From the NCBI RefSeq assembly GCF_009914755.1, contig NC_060925.1: a stretch of DNA of 64,000 bases. The stretch is one strand, 5' to 3'. Position numbers and translations under genes: made by a program. The DNA comes from the human T2T-CHM13v2.0 reference genome, Homo sapiens. Numbering within the stretch: the first letter of the stretch is position 1; the number at the start of each line of letters is the position of its first letter. A model generated the notes under the pieces. It ran no database searches, was not told the origin of the DNA, and saw nothing but the letters and a program-made list of their open reading frames with translations. Below, one piece after another: positions 32,344-49,649 of this stretch.

Positions 32344-32399
32344 GTAGGATGCCCTTCCCTTTTTTTTGAGATGAGGTCTCACTCTGTCACCTAGGCTGA

Positions 32400-32681
<282 letters not shown>

Positions 32682-32962
32682 TAGTGTTGAGAGGCAAGGA
32701 TGCAAATAGGAAATGAAAGCAGCCATCGACTGAGCATGCCTAGAACATGCTAGCCCGCCCCACTGGCTGGGATTTGGATATAAGCAAAGCTTAGTCCCGG
32801 CCTCCCACCTCTGCCCATCATCACAGTGGAACCCATGGCTGGTGGGGGAACAGACAGGAAACTAGCAGTCCCAAGGGTGTATGTGAATACCACCTGGCTT
32901 AAGTGTTGTGAAGAGAAGGAACACAGATCTATGAGTTTCTTTTTTTGCTCCCTGGTGGTTAA

Positions 32963-33145
<183 letters not shown>

Positions 33146-33439
33146 TAATTTTTTTTGTATTTTTAGCAGAGTCAGGGTTTCACCATATTGGTCAGGCTGG
33201 TCCTGACCTCAGGTGATCCACCCACCTCGGCCTCCCAAAGTGCTGGGATTACAGGCATGAGCCACCGCACCCGGCCTGTGGGGCATTTTTCTTACTCAAA
33301 AGTAGAGCAGATAGGATAATAAACCCCAGCGCACCAATTACCCAGCTTCAACAAAATCAGCCTCTCTTGAAGCTTGTTTCATGTGTACTCCAAATACATC
33401 CCCCGCTCCAAATTATTTTGAGGCAAATCCCATGCATTA

Positions 33440-33982
<543 letters not shown>

Positions 33983-35167
33983 TTATTTTTAATTAAAAAA
34001 AAATAGAGACAGGGTCTTACTGTGTCACCCAGGCTGGAGTGCAGTGGTGCAATCATGTCTCACTGTAGCCTCAAATTCCTAGGCTCAAGGGATCCTCTCA
34101 CCTCTGCCTCCAAGTAGCTGGGACTATAGGTGCATACCACCACACCTGGCTAATTTTTAAATTTTTTGTAGAGATTTAATTTTTTGCCACGTTGCTCAGG
34201 CTGGCCTCGAACTCCTGGACTCAAGCAATTCGCCCACCTTGACCTCCCAAAGTGCTGAGATTACAGGTGTGAGCTACCATGCCTGGCGAATTTTAAAAAA
34301 TTTTGGTAGAGACAGAGTCCCACTGGTGAGCCATGATCGCACCACTGCACTCCAGCCTGGGCTCAAGCAATCCTCCCACCTCGGCTTCCCTGAGTGCTGG
34401 GATTACAGGTGTGAGCCACCACGCCCGGCCTGTTAAAATCTTTGTAAACTATAGGCTCCCCTTCATTTTTTTGATTGCACGTTATTTGTTGAAGAAATCA
34501 ACTTGCTTGCCTGCTAGTTTCCCACTGTCTGCATTTTGCTGACTACATCCCCCTGGTGTAGTTTTCTGTGAGAATTTTTAGTGCAGGAAGCTGACCTAGA
34601 CCAAGGTTCAGTGGTGATGTGAAGGATGAAGAGTTGCCTGGTGGAGGAAGATCAGAAAAGGGTAGAGTGTTCAGAGGCCTCTGGCCGGGAGTGTAAGATC
34701 CTGAGGCGTAGCAGAGCCGAATTGGACCCTTGTTAGTACAGGGTAGGGGGGCTGAGGGTAGTTGAAGATGAGATTGGAAAAATCTGTGGGGACCAGATCA
34801 GCACCTGGTTGGCTGTGGGGAGGGGCTGAAATTTGATGGTAGAGCAAGGAGGCTACCGCTGGAGGATTAGCAGGTGACTCTGATGATTTGATTTGAGATT
34901 GGAAAAACACCACTGGGTTACTGAATAGGAAATGACTGGAGGAGGCCGAAAGTGGATGCAGGGAGGCCAGGTCAGAGGCTGCTGAGGCCACCACGCTGCC
35001 AGAGGTGATAGTGTCATGGCCTGAGCAGGTGACATGCAATGCATCTTCAAAGCAGCCCCATTTTACAGATGAGAAAACGGAGGCTTGGCCAGACGCGGTG
35101 GCTCAAGCCTGTAATTCCAGCACTTTGGGAGGCCAAGGCGGCCGGATCACTTGAGGTCAGGAGTTCA

Positions 35168-35470
<303 letters not shown>

Positions 35471-35518
35471 TCATCAGATCTTGCAATTGACATGGGTACT
35501 TTCCCTCTGTTCTCCCAG

Positions 35519-35694
35519 GTGCTTCGGGGCGTGGCAGCAGTTCGTGCAAAGAGGGTCCCGGTACCGAGACCACCTGGCTGACCGCCGGACGGGGACCCTG
35601 AGGAAATGCCTGGAACAGTGGGTGCGGATGAAGCAGCTCCGGGAATCAGATGGGGCAAAGGTGACCCAGCTGTCCCTCTGCCGGCAGAAAGCAG
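35519..35694 (+). CDS. C1orf167: C1orf167 exon 9 (CFGAWQQFVQRG...LCRQKA)
   Basis: ctcccag| and |gtgagc; 176 nt in phase. Confidence 0.82.
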
Positions 35695-36078
35695 GTGAGC
35701 TAGTGTTGGCTTCCGCCCCAGCAAACCGTGTCACTTAAGCCCCTTCTTCAGTGGTCCCCAGTTGAATATGTGAATTCTTGTGGGAGGTGATAGAACTGGG
35801 GCTTTCTAGGAGGGCAGCCTGTAGGCCTGGGAGGGTGCAGGAGGGGTCCCAGAGTGGGCAGGCCCCAGCTGAGCCACATCCCTATGTCCCATTATGAGCT
35901 GCTGTGGGTGACAGACTTGGTTCTGCTCCTCCCACTGCAGGCTTTCTCAGTGCTGGTATCCTAGATCCTGCCCAGAAGGGATGTGGGCCCTGCTCTTGGG
36001 AAGCTCCTGGTGTGATGGGGGACACACAGCCCTAATCCCCACCCCAAAACTTAACTGGGGGCCCGGTGTAGTGGCTCA

Positions 36079-36722
<644 letters not shown>

Positions 36723-37548
36723 GTAGGTGTCCTCGAGCTTGTGACCTGGGGTTGGGCCTGGGGGCTGTGGGGTGGGCACGTGAGCAGTGCTCAGCACCAG
36801 GAGGAATGCGGGAGGAATATCCCATAGGGCAGTAACTGCATCCCACTCCTCCCCGTGGCCCTGCACAGGGCCTGGCACACTGCGGTGCCCAGCCAATGTC
36901 AGGCCCTGGGAGGTGGCCTAGGGACACTGGAACAGTGATTGAGCAGAGGGCCACTGGGGGCCAGGGGGCTGCCAGAGACACAGACATGGAGCTCTACAGG
37001 GGTGGCCGGAACCCTAGTGAATGCCCGTCTCCCTGCCAAGTGTAAGTCCCTGGTGGCAGGAACCATGTCTGTCTCGCCGTCACCGCTGGCTCCCAGCTCC
37101 CTGCAGGTGCCTGGCATGTTGCAGGCACAGAATAAATACTGTAAAGGAACAAGGGCAGGAGCCAGGGATCAAGCTTTTATCTCCTCTCCCATTGGCCTCA
37201 TTACACAACTAGAGAAACTGAGGCTCAGAGGGCTGGAGCAGCTTGCTGTAAATCCCAGTGGGAGTCAGGAGCAAGAAGGTCCTGTGTTGAGACCTGGGTG
37301 CTGCCCCCACACAAGATGGTCACTGCTGGAATTCGGAGCCCAGAAGAAGGCTGTAGGTGAGGGGAGGGTGGCGATCAGGAGAAGCCAGCTTCCCGGAGGG
37401 GATGTCAGGAGGAATGGAAGCGAGCAGTTGCAGGGTTAAGAATTCTGTCCTTGGCTGGGCGTGGTGGCTCACACCTGTAATCCCAGCACTTTAAGAGGCC
37501 GAGGCCAGTGGATCACCTGAGGTCAGGAGTTTGAGACCAGCCTGGTCA

Positions 37549-37800
<252 letters not shown>

Positions 37801-37803
37801 TCA

Positions 37804-38352
<549 letters not shown>

Positions 38353-38741
38353 TCACAGAGCCAGACCCTGTCTCAAAAAAAAAAAAAAAAAAAAAAAGCA
38401 TCAGCCCAGTCAGCCCAGTCTCAGCTGCTCACTGAGGTCACTCAGAGAACCCCAGAAAAAGTCTGGAAGCCCAGACTGTACCCTGACCATTAAGTCAGAA
38501 TCTAGCAGAATCTAGGGTGGGACCCTGGTGGGCATCGGTACCTCTTGAAGCCCCCAGTGATTCCAGCATGCAGCCGCTGTGGGGGGCAGCAGCGTGGAAC
38601 GCTAGCCCAGCGTCTGGCCTGTGGCGAGCACCCTTTCAGCCCATCTCTTTCACAGCGGCCAGGGTAGGGTCGCCCCTGCTTGGCCACCCTGCACAGCCTG
38701 AGGGTGAGGCTGGGTGGGTCACTCACCTGCCCCTTCTCTAG

Positions 38742-38898
38742 CTCCTTCTTCCAGGGCCTGCAGCAGCGGATGCTGCAGCGCAGCCTGAGATGGTGGCACT
38801 TGAGGGCACTGGGCCCAGATGCCACATCAAGCTGCACCAAGACCCCCTCGGCTCTGGAGCCACTGAGCAGCAGCACACTCCAAGACTCTCTGGAGAAG
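38742..38898 (+). CDS. C1orf167: C1orf167 exon 11 (SFFQGLQQRMLQRSLRWWHLR...DSLEK)
   Basis: ctctag| and |gtgaga; 157 nt in phase. Confidence 0.82.
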
Positions 38899-39007
38899 GT
38901 GAGAGGTAGGAGGGTGGGGAGGGGCTGGGGCAGGTAGGGGTGGATGGGTGGAGATTGTGGGAAGGGGACAGGGTAGGGGACCAAGGACTCCACATCTCCT
39001 TCCCCAG

Positions 39008-39162
39008 GTTCCCAGGGCCCCCACCCTCCCGGACACTCTCCAGGGGAGCCTTCTGTGGGCAGCTGGGCAGCGGCAGCAGGGGCAGTGCCTTCTGCTCTGG
39101 CAGGCACGGGCCCAGCAGTTCCAGGGCACAGCCAGGTGGTACCAGCATACCCGCCAGAGGCG
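39008..39162 (+). CDS. C1orf167: C1orf167 exon 12 (VPRAPTLP...WYQHTRQR)
   Basis: ccccag| and |gtaggg; 155 nt in phase. Confidence 0.82.
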
Positions 39163-39882
39163 GTAGGGATCCCTCCCCATCCGCCCGCCACTCTATGGAC
39201 TTACTGTTTCCCGGCCCCTTCTCCCTTCCACCCTTGGCCTTCACAGCAGCAGCCCCTTGGGGTCTGCACCTCAGGGGGCTTCAGTTCCTCCTGTCTTCCT
39301 GCCCCGTCCTACTGAGAGGGTGTCGGGGAGTGGTGAGGCACTCTACAGAGTCACTGTTCCTCTTGGAGATTTTGCAGCTGAGGTTCCTTCATTTATTCAT
39401 TTATAGCACAATGCATAAGAGTTGGTCTCCCTGGGTTCTAATCCCAGCTTTGCCCCTCACTGGCTGTGTGATCTTGGGCAAGTTGCATAACTTCTCTGTG
39501 CCCTATTTGCCTATCTGTAAAATGGGGTTAATAGTACTGGCTCCAGTGGGGCAATGGCGAGGCACGGCACATACATTCCCCAATGCCGTGTGTGGCACGT
39601 TGTGAGTGCTCAGTCCATAGCAATGTTTATGGCTAGTGGTTGAGCACAGGACTTGGCAGTGGGGGTCTAGAATCCCACCCTATCCCCACCACTCATCATC
39701 GTGACCCTGGGAGAGGTGCTTGGCCCCTCCAGTCCCCAGCAACCCACCCTCCCATAATGGAAACAGAAGAGTCACCCAGAGCCTCCTGCTGCTGGGGAGA
39801 GGAAGAGAAAGGAGGGTGGGGCAGGGCTGGCCTGGGATTTGGGGGACAGTGGCCATCCTCAGGGTGGACCCTCCCTTCCCAG

Positions 39883-40091
39883 CATCTTCCTCAGCTGGAG
39901 CCGCTGGGCAACAGCCCAATGGGCCTGGAGAGAGCTGGCTTCCCACCGGGCCTGGGATCGGACCTGCAGGGCTGTGCTGGGCCTGTGGCGTCAGCAGCTG
40001 CTGCAGTCACGGCTGGTGGAGCGGTGGGCCCAGGAGCGGGGCTGGCGGCTGGCACGAGATGCCCTATGCCACTGGCACTCCTGTTGGCAGG
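39883..40091 (+). CDS. C1orf167: C1orf167 exon 13 (IFLSWSRWATAQWAWREL...HWHSCWQ)
   Basis: ttcccag| and |gtgagt; 209 nt in phase. Confidence 0.82.
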
Positions 40092-40979
40092 GTGAGTGGA
40101 GACTTGGTCGGGGGCACTGCGGGTGAGGGCAGGGCCAGGGTCTGTCTGAGACCCAGACTGCAGCCCTGGCCAACAACTTGACTGTAACCGCATGGGAGAA
40201 CTTGAGGCAGAGGCTAAGCTACATCTGGACTCCTGACCCATAGAAACTGTGAGATAACAAACATCTGTGGTTTAAAACTAATAAGTACTTGGGTAATTTG
40301 TTACACAGCCATAGCTAACAAATGCAGTTGATCAGAGAGGTCCGCTGAGCTGTGACACTGACCTAGCTGGGTTCAAAGAAAACAGGCTGACCAACTCTTA
40401 CACATTGTGCTATGAATGAGCAAATGAATAGACCTCAGCTGTGAAATTTCCGAGAGGGACAGTGACTCTGCAGAGTGCCTCACCACCCCCCATACCCTCC
40501 CATCCCCTAGCAAATTCTGGTGATGAGACCCCCACAGGGCACACCCAGGAGTCAGGTGGCAGAGCAGAACCTGGGGGCTTGGACTCTGTAGTCTTGAGTT
40601 TGAATCCCTGCTCTTCCATACCCTGACTGTGTGAAACTTAAACAACCTAGTTAACCTCCCTGAGTCTCAGCTTACACATCTGTAAAATGGGGATAATGTA
40701 GTCCCTATGTCATCACCTTTATCTTCATCCTTATCCTCACCTGGCCTCTAGGAGTCACTGGTCGGAGCCCTGAGTTGGGAGAGAAGTGGGCAGAGTCATG
40801 GTGCCCTTAGGGGCCAGCAGAGTTAGTCAGGGAGGGTCCCAGGAGGAGGTGAGGAGGGCTCAGCGGGCAGAGCAGTGGCGAGAGAGGTTGAGGCGTGGGA
40901 AGGGGTCAGCAAAATAGGGCAGTGGGAAGGACTGGATTTGCAGAGGCTGGCTGAGGGTGCAGTGTGTTAGAAGCCCTGA

Positions 40980-41315
<336 letters not shown>

Positions 41316-41803
41316 TGATCAACCCGCCTCGGCCTTCCAAAGTGCTGGGATTACAAGCGTGAGCCACCGCACCCGGCCCCAACCAGTCTCTTTATAACCT
41401 GATATCAGAAGTGACATCCCATTGCTTCTGCCAAATTCTGTCTGTTAAAAGCAAATTAGTAAACCCAGCCTGTATTCAAGGCGGGGCATTGCCCAGGACA
41501 CGAACACAGGATGCTGTCTTGGAGGCTGCCCACTACACCGACATATCGCATTAATGAGCTGGCAGGCAGGGCTGTGGTGGTTCTAGAAAGTCATGTCCTG
41601 TCCGCTGGAGACAGCTGCTTATGCAGCCCAATCATTCCCCGGCAGGAACACTGAGCCAGTGTTTCCAGAACTTCTAGTTTTTACAGAAAAATTGAAAATT
41701 AGATTTTTGGGCTGGGCGCAGTGGCTCACGCCTGTAATCCCAGCAATTTGGGAGGCCCGGACTGGCGGATCACGAGGTCAGGAGATCGAGACCATCTTGG
41801 CTA

Positions 41804-42019
<216 letters not shown>

Positions 42020-42268
42020 TTACCTGAATTCTCCAGATTTGAAAATACTGTGGCAAAATTAACAAACAAAAACAAACCCAACAACTCTATGAGCTGGGCT
42101 GGCCTGGTCACCAGCAGGACACCCATAATAGAGGCTTTTTAACCCAGACAGTCAGGGTGGCCTCCTCTGTTCCCACCTGGTAGGGGGCGAAGGGCTGGCT
42201 GCGTAGAGGCCCATGGGGAGAGGCTGGGGTGAGCACCCAGTGGCTCTTCAGCATCTCTCTGGCCCCAG

Positions 42269-42413
42269 GGCAGCAGTTCCTGCATGAAAAGTGCCAGACA
42301 TGGGTGCAGGTCCACCTCCAGGGCCTGCAGAAGGTGGTGTTCCGGAGCTGGCAGCAGGCAGCAGCTCATCAGAGATGCACAGTGACCCGGCCAGAGCAGC
42401 TGCTACTGCAGAG
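42269..42413 (+). CDS. C1orf167: C1orf167 exon 14 (QQFLHEKCQTW...EQLLLQ)
   Basis: ccccag| and |gtgggt; 145 nt in phase. Confidence 0.8.
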
Positions 42414-42630
42414 GTGGGTGGGCCTGGGGGTGGGAGGGTGTTGGTCCTCCCCACGCAAGGAATAGCAAGGAGAGCACCCAGGGGGTGGGAAGCTCAGACG
42501 GTGGCCCAGATAGAAGGCCTGTGGCCTGGGAAAAAAGGGGCATGAAGGGAGATCCTAGCCTGGAAACACAGGGCCATGACCACTGACACCTTATTACCTA
42601 TTTTGGGAGTGGTGGCAAACCCCACCCCTA

Positions 42631-42852
<222 letters not shown>

Positions 42853-42901
42853 TTAGACGGGCATGGTGGCAGGTGCCTGTAGTCCCAGCTACTTGGGCTC
42901 A

Positions 42902-43066
<165 letters not shown>

Positions 43067-43313
43067 TTACAGCAAGGAGAATTCTGCTGTACACTGTCGC
43101 TAAGAGAAGAGAGTGAAATCTTCATTTAAGTAAAGATGTTCTGGTGGAACATGTATACAGTTCATGAATGCATATTGTAAAACCAAGCAGAGGACACAGA
43201 ATGGCTCCTCCCACAGTTCAGTACAAATTTGCGAATGTTCAGTGTCCCCGTGGGGCAGTGAACTGTTGGCTACAGAATGGCTGACGTCTGTGCTTTTGCA
43301 TCTGAGGGTGTAG

Positions 43314-43504
<191 letters not shown>

Positions 43505-43897
43505 TAGTAGAGACGGGGTTTCTCCATGTTGGTCAGGCTGGTCTCGAACTCCCGACCTCAGGTGATCCGCCCGCCTCTGCCTCCCAAAATGCTGGGATTA
43601 CAGGTGTGAGCCACTGTGCCTGGCCGTAGATGGTTTTTTTTCTTGGCTTCTCACTGAGTGAGAGATGGTGTTCCTCTCCCTCACCAACCACCTGGGCATG
43701 TGATGGGAGGCAGGGCATGGCTGATGTGGGACTTGAACCCATACTGCTGGTTCCCATCCCCCTCGCAGGGCAGCCCCTGCCCTCTGAGGCTGAGGTTGCA
43801 AGATGGAAAGCCAGTGCTTTCACCTGTTACTGGTCGTTTACTGTTTTGTGGGAGATTTGCAGGTGTAACTTTGAATAAATGTGACTTTTGACTCTGA

Positions 43898-44672
<775 letters not shown>

Positions 44673-45226
44673 GTGAGTGCTGTGGTCTAAGTGCAGCCCC
44701 ACTCTGTGCTTCCAGCTCAGGCCTCAAGCCTGTTTTTGGCAGGGGTAGAGCGTAATTCATGGCTGGGTGGCAGGGCAAAGGCTCAAGAGGGTGGTTGGGG
44801 GTGACAGGGAGAGGCCGCCCTGGCCATCTAGTCCTGGGCCACATCCTGGCACCGCCTCTTGCTGTGTGTCCCCTCCTTGGGGAAGTCTCTAATGGTCATG
44901 CCTTGCAGTCACCAGCACAGCCAGCCACTCAGCAAGCGCCATAAACGCGCTCTTGCCAGGGAAGGGGAGGCAAAGTGGCACTGGCAGGACTGTCCCCTCT
45001 CTGCCCCTAAACAGGATGCTTGTCCCCGTCTGTGATTTTCTCCTTCCAGGTCGCTCTCCATCCTGTTTACCCAGATTCTCCCTCCAGAAAAGGGAGTGTG
45101 GGAGGTGGGTGGGCCCCAGCCTGGGGCTGGGCCCAGAAGGCCCCCTCCCGCAGGGCACTGGGGGGGCTCCCTGCAGAGAGTCCTGGCCTTTATGGCCCTG
45201 GCTGCAGACTCCTTCCTCTCCCGCAG

Positions 45227-45368
45227 GGTCCTAGAGGCCTCGGTGCAGTCGGCGGTGCGCGGCGGTGTCCAGCGAGCCATCCTCACCCAGCTCCGGCCGG
45301 CTGAGCTCAGGCGCTTCCTGCGGACAGTGCAGCTCAGGGTGCGGCTGGGACTGCCAGGGGCCGGCAAG
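45227..45368 (+). CDS. C1orf167: C1orf167 exon 16 (VLEASVQSAVRGG...PGAGK)
   Basis: cccgcag| and |gtacgc; 142 nt in phase; CpG-rich. Confidence 0.78.
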
Positions 45369-45800
45369 GTACGCCCCAAGCCCCAGACTGACCTCACGCT
45401 CTGGCCCCGGATGGCCAGCAGGGGGAGCCTGCTGCTGGACGCCCCAGCCCCTTGGAAACAGGTGAAGGGAGCCTAGGCAGGGCGGGAGGTCCAAAAATGA
45501 CCCTCGGACCACCGGCCTTAGAATCAGCTTGATTCAGCCGGTGGTGGCAGCATGGCTGGATGCCTCCCCAGGGGCCCAGCAACCTCGTATGTACCACCTC
45601 TCCCCAGTTCTCAGTCAGCCTCTGACAAGCAACTCTGAATCCATCAGCAAAGATGAACCTGGCACCTCTCGAGTGCCAGGCCACTGCAGGTCCGGCCGCA
45701 AAGACCAGCATGTTGGGTCACAGCCTGTTAGGGAGACATTGAAATGCATGCTTTCTCACGGTGCAGTTGAGGATCAGAATAGGTACACGAGGACAGTAGC

Positions 45801-46825
<1,025 letters not shown>

Positions 46826-47469
46826 CTGGTTTTTGTTTTTTAAATGGAATTGAAAGGAACTAGCCTTGGCTAGTTGCAGAATTCACACATATGGGGCTAT
46901 GGCAACAGCAGATTCTGGAGTCTCAGGGTCTTTTCTTTCTAGATAAGTTACAGGGCAATTGCTTTTCAGAGTACTTTTACATTTCTATTCCATTCTTGTC
47001 AGTAAAGACAAGGATCCCATAAGCTGATGGAGAAACTGAGGCCTCTAGAAACTAAACGCTGGGAATGGCACCCAGGGTGCTGAATTCCAGGGTCTCCTCT
47101 TTTCTGCCACAGGCACACATGCCCCAGCAGCCCCTTTGGAGAGCCCCCTCTCTATAGGGTACTAGCCGGGGGCTCAGACTCTGGAGTCAGACGGCTTCCG
47201 AGGGATGAGGCCTCAGACAAGTAACTCAGCTTTGAAATGTTTTCAGTGGGGAGAGAAATAGCCCCCTCCCAGGGCTGTGCTCCGGGAACTGACTGAGGGC
47301 TAACTATTATGGGCCCACCCCATTGTTGGAATGTCTTCAGCCACATGGGGGAATGGGTGGAAGAGGCCGGGATGTGTCCTGCCAGCTAGAGCAGCGAAGA
47401 AATCCCAGCGGGGCCCCAGGAAGTCCAAGCCCATGGGGTTCAGGTGCTCCTCTCTGGCTATTCCTTCAG

Positions 47470-47575
47470 ACCCGCAGCTGCTGGACACAGGCCACAGAGC
47501 TGGTGCCTCCCGCGCCATCACTGCAGTGCAGCCTGGGTGGACGGAGGAAGCCAAGGGGAACGGCCTGGGCTCAGA
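47470..47575 (+). CDS. C1orf167: C1orf167 exon 17 (TRSCWTQATEL...TAWAQ)
   Basis: ccttcag| and |gtaagg; 106 nt in phase. Confidence 0.75.
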
Positions 47576-47954
47576 GTAAGGAGACCTTGCCCCGGGGGAC
47601 AAACGGTGTCTGAAGTGCAGGGGTGAAGCGGTCTCCAGTCCTCAGGGGCCTGGAAATCAGCTCCTTGGGACACGGTCTTATGTGTATTGACCATTCTCCC
47701 CATCCATTCCCTCTTCGGAATGTTTCAGCTGTTCTGAGAAAACACTTTGCATTCCTGCCCCGCCCCTGTGATTTCTCTTTGGGCGGCAGGCAGCCGGGAG
47801 AGGCTGGAGGCCTGGGGAGATGGGGGCAGGGCACAAGGCTAAGCTCAGCACCTTCCTCCACCCTCCTCACTGTACTCAACTCCTAGGCGGGCACTAAGAG
47901 CAGCTGCCTTCCTGGACCCACCTTAACCTCTTGTGACTCAACTCCCCTTTCCAG

Positions 47955-48129
47955 GGTGCAGGGAACATTCCCTCTGCCCTGCCTTCCAGCTCTGGCCACA
48001 GTGGCCTGGACAGAGTAGCTGGGTCCCAGGCCTGCCCCTGTGGACGAGGGACCAGGGACCAAGAGCGCACTCCAGCCCTGAGCCCAGAGCCTGCAAAGCC
48101 CAAAGCAAGGCCCATAAACGGAGGCTACG
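47955..48129 (+). CDS. C1orf167: C1orf167 exon 18 (CREHSLCPAFQLW...HKRRL)
   Basis: tttccag| and |gtaaga; 175 nt in phase. Confidence 0.78.
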
Positions 48130-48230
48130 GTAAGAGGAGCTGTGTGTGCAGTTTGGTGGGTCCAAGGGATGGGGGCAAGGGCTGAGGGGCTTGCCTGAGC
48201 CATGGCTACAGCTGGGCCCTCTCTGGCCAG

Positions 48231-48460
48231 TGCTCGTTCCTGCAGGATCCTGGAAAAGCAGGCCCAGGCCCATGGCTCTGCCCTCCTTCTGGCCCTGAAG
48301 GGTCACGATGCTCTTGGCCATCAGGAGGAAGTACCTGCAGCGCCGGTGCCTCGAGGCACTGCTTCACGGGCTGCGGGGTTCCCAGCAGGCCAGGTGCCTG
48401 GCAGTGGCATGGCAGCACTGGGTGGATGCCCAAGGGGCAGAGCAGCTGGTGCGGACCCTG
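48231..48460 (+). CDS. C1orf167: C1orf167 exon 19 (long form; alternative acceptor before 48325 changes frame)
   Basis: ggccag| and |gtgagt; 230 nt keeps the 1449-codon model in phase. Confidence 0.6.
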
Positions 48461-48733
48461 GTGAGTGGGTGCACCCCTCTCCACACTGACCATCTCCCAT
48501 TTCACCTCATACTTAACCCAAACCCCTCTCAAAAGTATGGCCCTTGGACCTACTGACTCCAAAACCTTGGGGGACAGGCCCAGGAATCTGCATTCTTAAT
48601 ACTCCTCAGATGACACCCCCTTGCCATAGCCCTTTCACTCTGGTGCAGCAGTGTCGGGGGAGAAAGGCAGAAGGGCTGGGGACTGCGGGGGAGCGTGAGC
48701 ACAAGAGGCCTTCTCTGCCAACTGTCCCCAAAG

Positions 48734-48828
48734 CTCAGGGAGTGGCACCTGAGATGGGCCTGGCAGACGTGGTGGCAGCGGATCCTGCGACTGCGAGTGG
48801 CTCAGCAGTTACAGCAGCAGGAAGATGG
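48734..48828 (+). CDS. C1orf167: C1orf167 exon 20 (short form; alternative donor after 48844)
   Basis: ccccaaag| and |gtgggt; 95 nt returns the model to phase 0. Confidence 0.55.
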
Positions 48829-49351
48829 GTGGGTCCTTTCCCAGGTACTGCCCTCTTCCCTGCATTCCACTCAGCCAGCCTTCCAGAAGTCTGTGCCACA
48901 GCCGCGCACCGTGGAGCTTTCCCTGCTTGCCAGCCCCGGGGCCCCTTCGTTTTCAGGGGAGGGGGTCAGTTCCATTACAGAACACACAGGCTGGATGCTG
49001 GAGCCCTTGCTTTGATTTGTGGCCCCAGCTCAGGCCAGGCCCACCCGGTCCATCAGTTTGCGAAGAAGGTGTGGCATGAGGCATGGCTGCCACTCACACT
49101 AGCCCATGGAGGGCCTGGGTCCTGAGCGCCCCCTCCCTCATTTGCTCTGCTCTGAGTACAGCTTCCCAGCTCACCATCAGATCTATTCTGAGCTTGTGCA
49201 TTTGGCCTAGGCAAGACTGGCTGGCTGCTTGGGGCAGAGGGAGGGGCCCTGGGGACAAAAGGAGCTGGGTACAGGGGTTGCTCTAGCAGGCACAGCACAG
49301 ACCCCGGAGAAAGCCCACAACAATAGCATTTCCTCTCCTCCCTGGTTCCAG

Positions 49352-49528
49352 GCCTTTAAGAAGTGGCACCAACGCCTGGCAGCCAGGAGCCCAAGGAGAG
49401 GAGCTGCCAGTAGCCCAAGACCCTGGAGCAAGCCAGGCCCCAAGGGCCCCGAGAGTGGACAGGAAGCCGCCGGAGCACCGCGGGGTTGGGGGCTTGGGGC
49501 AGAGCATGGGGCCCAGCTGCAGCTGTGA
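49352..49528 (+). CDS. C1orf167: C1orf167 last coding exon (AFKKWHQRLAARSPRR...AQLQL*)
   Basis: ttccag| acceptor; TGA 49526-49528; summed exon lengths give 4350 nt = 1449 aa + stop. Confidence 0.8.
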   Translation, partial: AFKKWHQRLAARSPRRGAASSPRPWSKPGPKGPESGQEAAGAPRGWGLGAEHGAQLQL

Positions 49529-49541
49529 CTTGTTCTCATAG

Positions 49542-49649
49542 AATAAAAAACAGAACTGAACTTAGCCTTCCCAGGGAAGGAACCATGCCCCACACATCCA
49601 GGGAGTGATGACAGAGGGGACAGCTTGAAGAGCTCTGAAGGACAATAAA
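49542..49649 (+). terminator. C1orf167: Two candidate C1orf167 poly(A) signals (AATAAA at 49542-49547 and 49644-49649)
   Basis: Canonical hexamers shortly after the stop codon. Confidence 0.7.
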
